Below the pieces are notes generated by a model. The model did no database searches. It saw only the letters and a list, made by a program, of their open reading frames with translations, and had not been told where the DNA came from. The translations under genes and the position numbers were made by a program. 64,000 nt of DNA from Octopus sinensis (Eukaryota), in the NCBI RefSeq assembly GCF_006345805.1, contig NC_043003.1:62930001-62994000 (forward strand), in the 5' to 3' direction. Positions 27,076 through 38,769 of this stretch are shown one piece after another. Within the stretch, counting starts at the first letter, position 1; each line of letters begins with the position of its first letter.

Positions 27076-27224
27076 GGTCTCCTCAATATGTATATATATA
27101 TATTTATGTATATACACACACATACACACACGTGTTAAGAGGATTCTATGAATTCAAATACTGTATTACAAATTAAATGTATAATGTGTATGTATATATA
27201 AATGTGTGTGTGTGCATGTATATA

Positions 27225-27435
27225 TATACTTTATTAAAAAAGCAGCAAAAATATCACAAAAACTGTTACTCAGAGTTTAGATTCTAAACAAAACTGTCCG
27301 ACGAATGGGAAGAAGAAACTCTGAGTAACAGTTTTTGTGAGATTTTGATGCTTTTTAATAAAGTATATTACTCTACCTCTGGTATTTGAGTACTATTTTT
27401 TTCCACCTTGTTTTGCATTTATGTGCTTACTCTGG
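27225..27435 (+). mobile_element. Penelope-like terminal-repeat fragment with fold-back and degenerate hammerhead
   Basis: About 52-bp inverted repeat 27225-27278 / 27316-27367; aaactgt-CCGACGA...GAAA-ctctgag-TA-acagttt. Confidence 0.6.
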
Positions 27436-27526
<91 letters not shown>

Positions 27527-27529
27527 ATA

Positions 27530-27820
27530 TACAGGGGTTGGACAAAATAATGGAAACACTTTAAAATTTTAAACAAATCTATTTTAATATGGGAGGGGAT
27601 CACCTTTGGCAGTAATTACAGCTTGAATTCTATGAGATATGGACTTGTACAAAGTTTGAATAGTTTCCAAAGGGATTTTTGTCCATTCTTCAGCGAAAAC
27701 AGTCTCCAGTTCTTGTAGTGATGATGGTGGAGGATATCGACTCCTAACTTGTTTCTAAAATGCACCATAAATGTTCTATAATATTGAGATCTGGGGACTG
27801 TGGTGGCCAGATAAGATAAG
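27530..27820 (-). mobile_element. Tc1 transposon 3' remnant
   Basis: Minus strand reads PQSPDLNIIEHLWCILE...KIPLETIQTLYKSI...RIQAVITAKG; TA-caggggttggacaaaataatggaaacac terminus. Confidence 0.85.
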
Positions 27821-28091
27821 TGTTTTTGTGAACAACAATACAAATGCTGGCGGCACGTAAAAAAGTACCAACCGATTGTAGCCGTTGCCAGCCACCTGTG
27901 CCGGTGGCATGTAAAAAGCAACCACTACACTCATGGAGCGGTTGGCATTAGGAAGGACATCCAGCTGTAGAAACACTGCCAGATCAGACTGAAGCCTGGT
28001 GCAGCCTCAGACCCTGGTCGAACCATCCAACCCATGCTAGCATGGAAAATGGACATTAAATGATGATGATGATGATGATGATATATATATA

Positions 28092-28504
28092 TTCTCTTTT
28101 ATTTTATTTATTTCAGTCATTTGACTGCGGCCATGCTGGATCACCACCTTTAGTCAAGCAAATCGACTCCAGGACTTATTCTTTGTAAGCCTAGTACTTA
28201 TTCTATCAGTCTCTTTTGCCAAACCGCTAAGTTACGGAGATGTAAACACACCAGCATCGTTTGTCAAGCGATGTTGGGGGCGGACAAATACAGACTCACA
28301 AACATATACACACACATACATATATATATACACATATATACGACGGGCTTCTTTCAGTTTCCATCTACCAAATCCATTCACAAGGCTTTGGACGGCCCGA
28401 GGCTATAGTAGAAGACACTTGCCCAACGTGCCACGCAGTGGGACTGAACCCGGAACCATGTGGTTGGTAAGGAAGCTACTTACCACACAGCCACTCCTGC
28501 GCCT
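28092..28504 (-). mobile_element. tRNA-headed SINE, antisense
   Basis: Nearly colinear with 23887-24295. Confidence 0.88.
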
Positions 28505-28778
28505 ATATGTATATATATATATACATATATATAAATATGTGTAGATATATATATATATATATATATATAATGATAAATCTCAGAGCGAGTTATAAACAGT
28601 AGCGGTAACACAACATGATGCATATTTGCCATTTGAATATGGCTAACCCATAAGGGTGGATGCTACTGTAGTTTGTAGCCCCAGGAAGATATCTCCTCCA
28701 GTTGGCTATAGACACACTATCTGTGTCCTGTCAGTATTTGTGAAGGGGAGTCATCCTCCCTGTCTTCAACACATGATA

Positions 28779-28823
28779 CACACGTACCCGAGTTTCAAGG
28801 TGTTTACCTTTCATCAGCGTGTG
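28779..28823 (-). ncRNA. Minimal type-I hammerhead ribozyme (mirror copy)
   Basis: Exact reverse complement of 29012-29056. Confidence 0.8.
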
Positions 28824-29011
28824 ACAATCATGGTTGTCGATGAGAAGTCAGATCCCTTCACAAATACATATACTTTTTCCAGTGTCGATTTGACACTGAT
28901 ATTGAAAAAGTCAGTTTGATTTCACTTTTTCAATATCAGTGTCAAATCGACACTGGAAAAAGTATATGTATTTGTGAAGGGATCTGACTTCTCATCGACA
29001 ACCATGATTGT

Positions 29012-29056
29012 CACACGCTGATGAAAGGTAAACACCTTGAAACTCGGGTACGTGTG
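29012..29056 (+). ncRNA. Minimal type-I hammerhead ribozyme
   Basis: cacacg-CTGATGA-aaggt(aaac)acctt-GAAA-c(tcgg)g-TA-cgtgtg: 6-bp stem I, 5-bp stem II, minimal stem III, GUA cleavage triplet. Confidence 0.82.
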
Positions 29057-29230
29057 TATCATGTGTTGAAGACAGGGAGGATGACTCCCCTTCACAAATA
29101 CTGACAGGACACAGATAGTGTGTTATAGCCAGCTGGAGGAGATATCTTCCTGGGGCTACAAACTACAGTAGCATCCACCCTTATGGGTTAGCCATATTCA
29201 AATGGCAAATATGCATCACATATATATATA

Positions 29231-30217
29231 TTGCTGAGGATATGCGTAAGCTCGCTAGAAATGAAGCCAGTATGCTCCGATGGATGTGTAATGCCGGTAC
29301 TCACACTCGGCAGAGTGTAAGTACCTTGAGAGAAAAGCTGGACCTAAGAAGCATCAGTTGTGGTGTGCAAGAGAGATGTTTGCGCTGGTATGGTCATGTG
29401 GCGAGAATGGATGAAGATAGTTGTGTGAAAAAGTGCCACACCCTAGCGGTTGAGGGAACCTGTGGAAGAGGCAGACCCAGGAAAACCTGGGACGAGGTGG
29501 TGAAGCACGACCTTCGAACTTTAGGTCTCACTGAGGAAATGACTAGAGACCGAGACCTCTGGAAGTGTGCTGTGCGCGAGAAGACCCGGCAGGACAAGTG
29601 AGTCCACAACCCGTGGCCTTCTACATGGGATGGAGCCAGCCTACGTATGCATACCTTCCCTTCTTGGGACACAAAACTCTACTTGTGAAGACGTGTTGAG
29701 GCAAGTGAGGATCAGAATCGAAATCGATCAATGGAAATTGCGGATGTGCTACCAGTGCCGGTGGCATGTCGAAACTCTGCTTGTGAAGACCCATTGAGGC
29801 AAGTGAGGATCAGAATCGAAATCGATCAATGGAAATCGATCAATGGAAATTGCAGATGTGTTACCAGTGCCGGTGGCATGTAAGAGAACTTTCCGTTTTG
29901 CGACCGTTGCCAGCACCGCCCCGTTTCGTGTCCGTTGCCAGCCTCGCCTGGCCCTCGTGCCGGTGGCACATAAAATGCACCATCCGTTCGTGGCCGTTTG
30001 CCAGTTCTGTCTGGCACCAGTGCGGGTGGCACGTAAAAAGCACCCACTACACTCACGGAGTGGTTGGCGTTAGGAAGGGCATCCAGCCGTAGAAACACTG
30101 CCAGATTTGACTGGGCCTGATGAAGCCTTCTGGCTTCACAGACCCCAGTAGAACCGTCCAACCCATGCTAGCATGGAAAACGGACGCTAAATGATGATGA
30201 TGATGATGATGATGATA
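29231..30217 (+). mobile_element. 5'-truncated RTE LINE (RT C-terminus, 3'UTR, (ATG)n tail)
   Basis: ORF 29242-29601 (NEASMLRWMC...LRWYGHVARM...GRGRPRKTW...) is uninterrupted, indicating a young copy. Confidence 0.93.
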
Positions 30218-30261
30218 TATATATATATACATATATACATATATATAAATATGTGTATATG

Positions 30262-30309
<48 letters not shown>

Positions 30310-31815
30310 TATTTACGTTTGACGGGCTTCTTAAAATTACATATTACATTTTCTTTTATTCTTTTACATGTTTCGACCCTAAGGCTGAAACATGTACAGA
30401 TGTTTTTATATATACATATGCTGGAGTTTATGTATATATGATGGGCTTCTTATAGTTTCTGTCCACTAAATCTACTCACAAAGTTTTGGTCAGTTCGAAG
30501 CAGGTGCAAAGCAGCAGGATTAAATCTAAAGCTATTTGGTTGGAAAGCAAGCTTCTTGATCACACAACCACATTGTGTGCCTATATATATATACACACAC
30601 ACACACGAGAACAAATGCAAACACATACACACACACACACACACACAATGATATGCATGTATGTAATTTAAGAAATTCTTTATGCCATTCAAGTTGTGCT
30701 AATGGCGAAAACAACAAAACCCACAAAAAATATAAATACTAAAGGGAAAACAAAAGCCATAGAAAAAGCTGACAGACAACAATGTAAGGTGAAATTGTAG
30801 ACTTTAATTTAGTTCAACATGTAGTCTTAATGTTAAATATCATGGCTCGTGACAAATTTTCAAAGACATAGTTACCAAAATCACATTTGTGCAGAAGAAA
30901 ACAATTAGAGCATTTACATATTCTTTAGCTTCAAGCTGTTGGACTACTTTATCGATATAAACTTCAGTTTTCTGTGGCATAATTCTTATCAAATGCAGCA
31001 ACTTAAAATATTTTATACTCCCTTTCTGTTAAACAGACAGATTCACCATGAAGATTCTTATGACGTTGAAATAAAAATGAAAAAAAAAAAATTAAATTAA
31101 AAGACATCAAAGTATGGTATTCGCGGTAGTGGTGATGGTAGTTTTTGTTGTAGTGGTGGTGGTGGTGGTAGTGGTGAAGCCATACATAAGGTGGAATATA
31201 ATTTATATATTAAATGATACCGAATCAATGATAAAAGCACAAAAATCTGAAAGAAGAAATAAATTTAAGTAAAATGCCAGGTGGACAGATAATGAAACAT
31301 TAATACATTTCGTATTATTTTGCAACATGAAGTAAAGAAAAAAACGAAAAATAAAAAAAATAATGCCAGTTCTATGAGAAATGTATTTTCTTTGGTAGGA
31401 AATTATATGCTGAGATTCTGAGAGTATAAAGTCTGTGAAAACAGGAACAGAAATAGTGATGCAAAAATCAAATGGAAATAGGAAGAGGAAATTCAGTAGT
31501 AAACAGAATTCTTAGCTTGTAGATCATGTGTTGGCATTTTATTCTTATGTTTATTTTGTATTTTCGTTTGTTTATTTGTTGGTGGTTTTTGTTGGTTTTT
31601 TTTTTTTTTTTTTGGTCACATCTCTGCTAGTCTGTGTGTTGTGTCTTCACTTTGGTACATCTCTATTTATAACTGCATAATACAAATATTTACACTCTAA
31701 AAGAGCAAGATAATATAATGAGATGAATTGAGTAAAGTAAACCTCCTCCTCTACCTACCCCTCCTACCGCTACTTCTTCTTTTTGTAAGTCAGACTTTTA
31801 CGGTTGACAGAAAGA

Positions 31816-31873
<58 letters not shown>

Positions 31874-31888
31874 ATATATGTATATATG

Positions 31889-31922
<34 letters not shown>

Positions 31923-33089
31923 CATACATATATATATACACACATATATATGCATACACACACACATGCATAAATATATACATGCATACGCATACACATA
32001 TACACACATATATGTACATACATACATATGTATATCTATGCATATCTATACACATACATATATGTGTGTTTGTGTGTGTGTGTGTAAGTATGTATTTATA
32101 CATGTTCATGTACATATGTATCTATGTGCATATATATATATACTTATATATATATATATGTGTATGTATGTATGTATATATAAACACACACACACATATA
32201 TAAGACAGGTGCAGAATTAAACAGTGATTTATTATCCACAGTATGACAATGAGTCAGATAGATACATTGTACCTACACTGAATTTATTTCTTTTTAATTT
32301 ATATTTTAAGTCTTACTTCATTAAACTTACACTGACGGATGAAAGATTTCTGCAGACTTTCTGACACGTCTTTGTTTACCTATGTAAGAATACTTCTAAA
32401 TAAAGCAGAAAACAAACCTACAACTTATAATTGGCTAGTTGCCTACGACAGATGGATATTTTAGATACACATTTCATTAATGTAGTTGTAGACCACATGA
32501 CTTACTCCTAAAATGTTCATTCTTCTTCAATCCCAAAACTCATCATTCATTCTTGTGACATCTATAGAGAAATAAGACTCAGTAATAAACATCAATAGTA
32601 AAGCTAAACCAGTAAACTATTTCATTTTCTATGTAACATTGTGTATGCAATAATCATTTCAGGATCATTCACAAATAAATTTTACTAGTAAGTAGTAAGA
32701 CAGTACAATTTTAGAGTTAATGGATTTTGATTTAGTCCTGAAACCAAAGTCCTTTTAAGAAACACAATGTAACAGCAGGCATTTTATACCATTTCCAAGA
32801 AACTCTTATGGATTTTAATAGATATTATAATGGAGCCCCATTAAGAATAAACGGATAATGCTTTACTGGCTATTGTTTCTTTCAGCTGAACATTTATGTA
32901 CACGAATCTCTTTCATGTATTGTGACCGACATTGTTGTTGTTGTTGTTGCTGCTGCTGCTGTTGTTGTTGCTGTTGTTTAAATGTAGGTCAGCCCTGGTC
33001 AAGCAGACCTTTGATCAAAGATATTCTTAGCTCTTACCAATTCCTCTTTTCTGATATAATTGATCTCACAAAAAGAGTTCCTTTACCCC

Positions 33090-33690
33090 ATGTATATCTT
33101 TTGTCATTTACTTGTTTCAGTCACTGGACTGTGGCCATGCTGGGGCACCACCTTAAAGGGTTTTACTTAACCCTTTCATTACTGTTTTTATTTTGAGATG
33201 CTCTGTGTTTCTTTCAATTACTTTAAATATAACAAAGAATTTAGTAAAATAACTTGGTTATCATTCAGCTAGTGTTAGGAACATAAATTGTGACTAAGGT
33301 TTGATGGAAGATTTTAATTCAGAACTTTTGAAAACAAAACATTTGTACACAGAGCCAGAGCTGGTTTCAGTTGGGTTGGTAAGGAAAGGGTTAAACAAAT
33401 TCACTCAAGTACTTATTTTTAGGTCTGGCACTTATTTTATTGACCTCTTTTGACAAACTTCTAAATTACTGAGATGTAAAGAAACACCAGGTGTGTGAGG
33501 AGTGACAAACACAAAGACACACACACACACATACATATATGCTGGGCTTCTACACATTTTCTATCTACCAAATTCATTTGCAAGGCATTGGCCAGTAGAA
33601 GACACTTGCTCAAGGTGTCACACAGTGGGACCAAACCCCAAACTATGTGGCTGTAAAGCAAGCTCTGTAATTGTACAGCCGTGCCCCTCC
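33090..33690 (-). mobile_element. tRNA-headed SINE interrupted by a MITE
   Basis: SINE tail (tttcagtcactggactgtggccatgctgg) resumes after 33394. Confidence 0.7.
33167..33394. mobile_element. piggyBac-type MITE (220 bp) with TTAA target-site duplication
   Basis: TTAA|CCCTTT...AAAGGG|TTAA; a related inverted copy lies at about 46830-47010. Confidence 0.8.
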
Positions 33691-34019
33691 ATTCAGTTTT
33701 CATTTAATTTCAACTTAAGCAACCTCTCCTTTATCCTTCTGAAAATAATTATCGTTAATGATAATCGCTGCTCTTCTTATTACAGCTTTAATTTCAATAA
33801 TTAAAACATTTTTTAGGTTCATCATATTAAGAAATCTTGCTTACTCTTAACTACAGCATGTTCTCATGATTGCCACAGATATCTCAACTCATCATATAAA
33901 ACTGATTGATAAAGTGGCTGATATTGAAATATAATGAGATATGTTATCAATGATAACATACCCTCTCTAATAACCAGTATATGAGTACCTGTATTTTCTA
34001 ACTCATATTTTTATACAAG

Positions 34020-34064
<45 letters not shown>

Positions 34065-34268
34065 ACATATATACACACACACATACACACACATATATAT
34101 AATATAATAGATACAAAAACTCATTTCTGTGTGTCAGTGTGTCACACTTTGAGCCCTCTATCGCTGGGGTGAGAGTAATAGTAGGCATAGAGACAGTGAG
34201 GGCGGTGGAGAAGGCAGAGAGAGAGAGAGAAAGTGAGAGAGAGAGAGTGGGTGGAAGTGAGAGTGCGA

Positions 34269-34306
<38 letters not shown>

Positions 34307-34395
34307 AAGAGGGAGATGATGTACAACTTTCTTGGACAGAAATTCCTGTGGTTAGTATACTGAACATTATCATATTTGTTTTATTTTTTGCCTTC

Positions 34396-34434
<39 letters not shown>

Positions 34435-34717
34435 CATATATACATACACACACACACACACACACATAAAATACACTGTAACCGAAATACAGTTTCCCCA
34501 AAATTAAACATATCTCATATAATAAATGTGAATGTCAGTGTGTCACACTTCTTCAACTTTACTCCTAGAAGCCGTAGCCCAACATATCTTACTATTTTGG
34601 AATCAACCTGACTCTGTGAATAAATGAAAAACATTCCAGGCTAAACCTCCAATCCTGAAATTTTGTATTCCTCTGTTTTCATTACTGCGATTGTTTACAG
34701 TGGTTTTTTTTTTACAT

Positions 34718-35206
34718 GAACATCAATGGAATTTGTATCTTTGTGGTACCAGTGCCGGTGGCACGTGGCACACAAGAAAACCATCCGAACGTGGCCGTAG
34801 CCAGTACCGCATCGACTGGCCTCCGTGCTGTGGGCACGTAACAAACACCATCCGATCGTGGCCGTTTGCCAGCCTCATCTGGCACCTGTGTCGGTGGCAC
34901 ATAAAAACACCATCCGAGCGTGGCCGTCTGCCAGCCTTGTCTGGCACCTGTGTCGGTGGCACATAAAAAACACCATCCGAGCGTGGCCGTTTGCCAGCCT
35001 CGTCTGGCACCTGTGTCGGTGGCACATAAAATCACCCACTACACTCTCGGAGTGGTTGGCGTTAGGAAGGGCATCCAGCTGTAGAAACACTGCCAGATCT
35101 GACTGGACTGGTGCAGCTTTCGGGCTCCCCAGACCCCAGTTGAACCGTCCAACTCATGCTAGCATGGAAAGCGGACGTTAAATGATGATGATGATGATGA
35201 TGATGA
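34718..35206 (+). mobile_element. Young RTE 3'UTR copy
   Basis: Near-identical reverse complement of 57659-58083, with one extra internal sub-repeat. Confidence 0.9.
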
Positions 35207-35339
35207 CTTTTAGCGACGAATATGATCATCATTGGGATATGACTCCGAAGGATGAAATTGCAACGAATTCTCTAAAACAAGTCAGAGATAATATATAAAT
35301 ATAGAAAGATATGTATGTAGATATGTGTGTGTGTGTAAT

Positions 35340-35665
35340 AATATTGTCTAAAGTCGTAAGACGCCCGCTGTTTTTGTCCTGCTTACCATTCTTGTTTTTT
35401 ATTTCTATTTTTTGTTTCTTGTATTTATATTCGTGTGGCGTCCTGTCTTTGTTTTGTATACATTCGATCCTCTTTCCAAGAAATCTAATGCCTGTGGCTT
35501 AGTTTTTGCTTGGGACTGGCCGGTTCAGAGTGATATCGAGATTAAACAGCCAAAATTGCTAAGATGATCCAGTTCCGACTGAAGATTAGAGGCTTCGAGT
35601 GATCCGTCTGTTTTTTTTGTGTCGTCTCTTTGTGTGTTTTTGTGTTCTTGTCCCACTTTGTAATT
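35340..35665 (+). mobile_element. Unclassified interspersed repeat
   Basis: Similar to the reverse complements of 15670-15900 and 37660-37825 (cagccgaaattgc...gactgagga...). Confidence 0.6.
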
Positions 35666-35715
35666 TATATTTATATTTAATTTCTATACATATATATATT
35701 TATATATATATATAT

Positions 35716-35785
<70 letters not shown>
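35716..35785. repeat. (TAGA)n tetranucleotide microsatellite
   Basis: Directly visible. Confidence 0.95.
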
Positions 35786-35786
<1 letters not shown>

Positions 35787-36314
35787 TGTATGTATAGCAT
35801 GTGTACTTTTTATATGGCACCAACAACCATAGGGTCATCAAGTAACATTCTTGTCTTGCAAGCTATTTGCTTACCCTGCATGTGCTGGTGCCATGTAAAA
35901 AGTGCCCAGCACACCCTGTAAAGTGGTTGGTGTTACGAAGGACATCCAGCTGTAGAAACCATGCCAAACTAGACAAGTGGAGCATGGTGCAGCTCTCCAG
36001 CTTGCCAGTTCCTGTCAAATCATCCATCGCATGCCAGCAAGGAAAACAGATGTTAAATAATGATAATGATAATATAAATATACATGTACATATGTAGGCT
36101 TGGCTGTGTGGTAAGAAGCTTGCTCCCCACTCACATGGTTCCAGTTTCAGTTCCACTGTGTAGCACCTTGGGCAAGGGTCTTCTACTATAACCTCAGGCT
36201 GACCAAAGCCTTGTGAGTGGATTAGGTGGACAGAAACTGAAAGAAGCCAGTTGTATATATATATATATATATATATAGGTTATAAAATGAGATAGGGTAT
36301 AACAAATTTAATTT

Positions 36315-36430
36315 AATTCTCTGAAGAGGCCGTGGGGCATCCTTGTTAATGCCTCATTTATACCTGCCTTTATGGCTTAGAGGTTAAATGAGGTATGACT
36401 GCCCTCACTGCCGAAACAGCTGTCAGTTTT
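36315..36430 (+). ncRNA. Type-I hammerhead ribozyme motif with intact core and long stem II
   Basis: CTGAAGA (36321-27), G10.1:C11.1 stem II ggccgtggggca / tgccctcactgcc, GAAA (36413-16), palindromic stem III A-CAGCTG-T, C17 at 36424 (GUC). Stem I is imperfect. Confidence 0.75.
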
Positions 36431-36763
36431 GATTTAATTGCATATTATATTTGAAATTTTTTACTTATATCTCTTTATCTTTTTACTATTACTGTATATC
36501 TCATTTTGTATAATGCCTTTACTCATATGTAATGGTGTATTAAAGTATTGATTGGGTATCATCGGATAGTTGATGTTTTATTGATTTAAGTATGTTTCTC
36601 CATTCTCTAATTTTGTAGTATATATATATATATATATTATATATATATATATATATATATCATCATCATCATCGTTTAATGCCCGTTTTCCATGCTAGCA
36701 CGGGTTATATATATATATATATGTATACATACATACATATATGTGTATATCTATATATGTATG

Positions 36764-36794
<31 letters not shown>

Positions 36795-36806
36795 GTATAT
36801 ATATAT

Positions 36807-36846
<40 letters not shown>

Positions 36847-37505
36847 GAGTATATGTTTGTGTGTGTGTTTGTACCCCTACCGTTGCTTGACAACCAATGC
36901 TGGTGTGCTTATGTCCCCATAACTTGTCAGTTCAGCAAAAGAGACCAATAGAATCAGCAATAGGCTAACAACGAATAAGTCCTGGGATCAATTTGTTTGA
37001 CTAAAAGCAGTGCTCCAGTATGGCCACAGTCAAATGACCGAAGCAGGTAAAAGAGTATACATATAACATATACAATGCAGACTAAATACAATTAACAAAA
37101 ACAACGAAAGGACAAGTGACATTCTCAGTTAATGTTATTTGGTTGATACTGGATGAAGGAATGAAAACTCTATGGGAAAAGTGATAGCGTTTCAGACATG
37201 GTACTTTGTCAGATATGAAAGAAAAGTCCAAGAGAGACTGAGAAGAGAAGGAAGAGAGGAAAAGAGATAAAACAGAATAAAGCCAGCTAAAATAAATGCA
37301 CATGAGTTAGGTTTACACATATGTATACATGTGTGTGTACATGCGTATGTGCACCTATCTATTAATATATACACATATATATATATGTATGTATGTATTT
37401 CTGCATGCATACAGACATGCATATATATATGTGTGTAAATATATATATATGTATATATGTATGTGTGTATATATGTGTATGTGTGTGTATACATACATAC
37501 ATATA

Positions 37506-37545
<40 letters not shown>

Positions 37546-37559
37546 TATACATATATATA

Positions 37560-37645
<86 letters not shown>

Positions 37646-37935
37646 TTACACACATATAAAAAATACAAAAATGGGACAAGAACGCAAAACATCTGGACAG
37701 TTAGGTGAAACAAAAAAGGAAAACAAAATATCCAGACAGACGATACAAGGAAAACAAGGATGGATCATTCGGAGATTTCTCTCCTCAGTCAAGTTCCAGA
37801 TTATCTTTGCAATTTCGGCTGGTTTTTATATATATATATATAAACTGGTAACTAACCAGTATTTTCATTGGATTTTATTATCTCTTAATGAGGTTTATAA
37901 CCTTTCTTGAATTTATTTATATATATATATATACA

Positions 37936-38165
37936 TACAGGGTTGGCCAAAAGTCACTCGACAGTAAATCAAAATACCATAAAATACTATCTATAATTCT
38001 GTATTGATTTGAATGTGTTGCTCAAGAGGGGATTCAGTTTGAACAATTTTCATAATGTTTCATATTTAGATGCCTTTATTAAATTCAATCAGTTGTTAAA
38101 CATAACTAAATCTTAGAATTAAATGGTTTTGATTTACTGTCAGGTGACTTTTGGCCAACCCTGTA
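37936..38165. mobile_element. Tc1/mariner-type MITE
   Basis: TA-cagggttggccaaaagtcac...gtgacttttggccaaccctg-TA; TIRs of about 40 bp. Confidence 0.9.
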
Positions 38166-38169
38166 TATA

Positions 38170-38722
38170 TGCGAGGGTGAGTCAAAAAGTAATGCTATTT
38201 TGCTTAATACAGGTATAATTACCAACACAGGAATATGTATCATATATCAAATTGAAGCTGGTCCTCTGTGGATCACATCCCTACTGCTCACCATAGTCAC
38301 TGTTTCTCTCAATAGCAATGTACCACTTTCGAATGAGAGCATGTATCCCTGCCTTGTAAAATTCTGTTGACTGTTCTTTGAGCCTCTTCTTCACTACAGT
38401 TCTCACTTTCTCGTCACTGGACTATCATCTTTTTGGCCCCATGAAAGAGGGTTTGAGAAGCAAACATTATTCTAGTGACAAGGAAGTAAAAACTGTAGTT
38501 AAGAAGTGGCTCAAAGAACAGTCAACACAATTTTACGGGGCAGGGATACATGCTCTCATTTGAAGGTGGAACATTGCTATTGAGAGAAACAGTGACTATG
38601 TTGAGAAGTAGGGATGTGATCCACAGAGGACCAGCTTCATTTTGATGTATGATATGTGTTCCTGTGTTGGTAATTCTACCTGTCCTAAACAAAATGGCAT
38701 TACTTTTTGATTCACCCTCATA
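38170..38722. mobile_element. Fold-back mariner derivative made of two transposase 3' ends
   Basis: DYHLFGPMKEGL...VKKWLKEQSTQFY...RWNIAIE on the + strand; 38170-38410 is the reverse complement of 38483-38722. Confidence 0.85.
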
Positions 38723-38769
38723 TATATACAGCTGTATAAAGAAGTGTCACTTACTAAACGTGAAAGAAA

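Larger units (their letters stand above)
28616..29218. repeat. Near-perfect palindrome (296/295-bp arms, 12-nt loop) of a hammerhead-bearing Penelope-like terminal repeat
   Basis: Arms 28616-28911 and 28924-29218 are reverse complements; I found one substitution and one 1-nt indel. Confidence 0.95.

Noticed and set aside
31728-32220. Long YIYI/CVCV/THTH ORFs here and at 0.2-1.0, 7.3, 8.8, 15.4, 21.1, 36.7 and 37.2-37.9 kb
   Set aside because: Translations of (AT)n, (GT)n and (ATAC)n microsatellites.
32663-32687. Possible 25-nt plus-strand microexon (ttcag|...CTA|gtaagt)
   Set aside because: Splice signals only; length not a multiple of three and no supporting neighbouring exons.
34830-35030. 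Regularly spaced repeats of about 55 bp resembling a CRISPR array (also at 57.8-58.0 kb)
   Set aside because: The 'spacers' are homologous to each other, the units are RTE 3'UTR sub-repeats, the context is eukaryotic, and no cas genes are present.
35540-35615. CTGARGA...GAA motif in the family at 15.7, 35.6 and 37.8 kb
   Set aside because: GAAA/A15.1 is not conserved and no stem I can form in any of the three copies.
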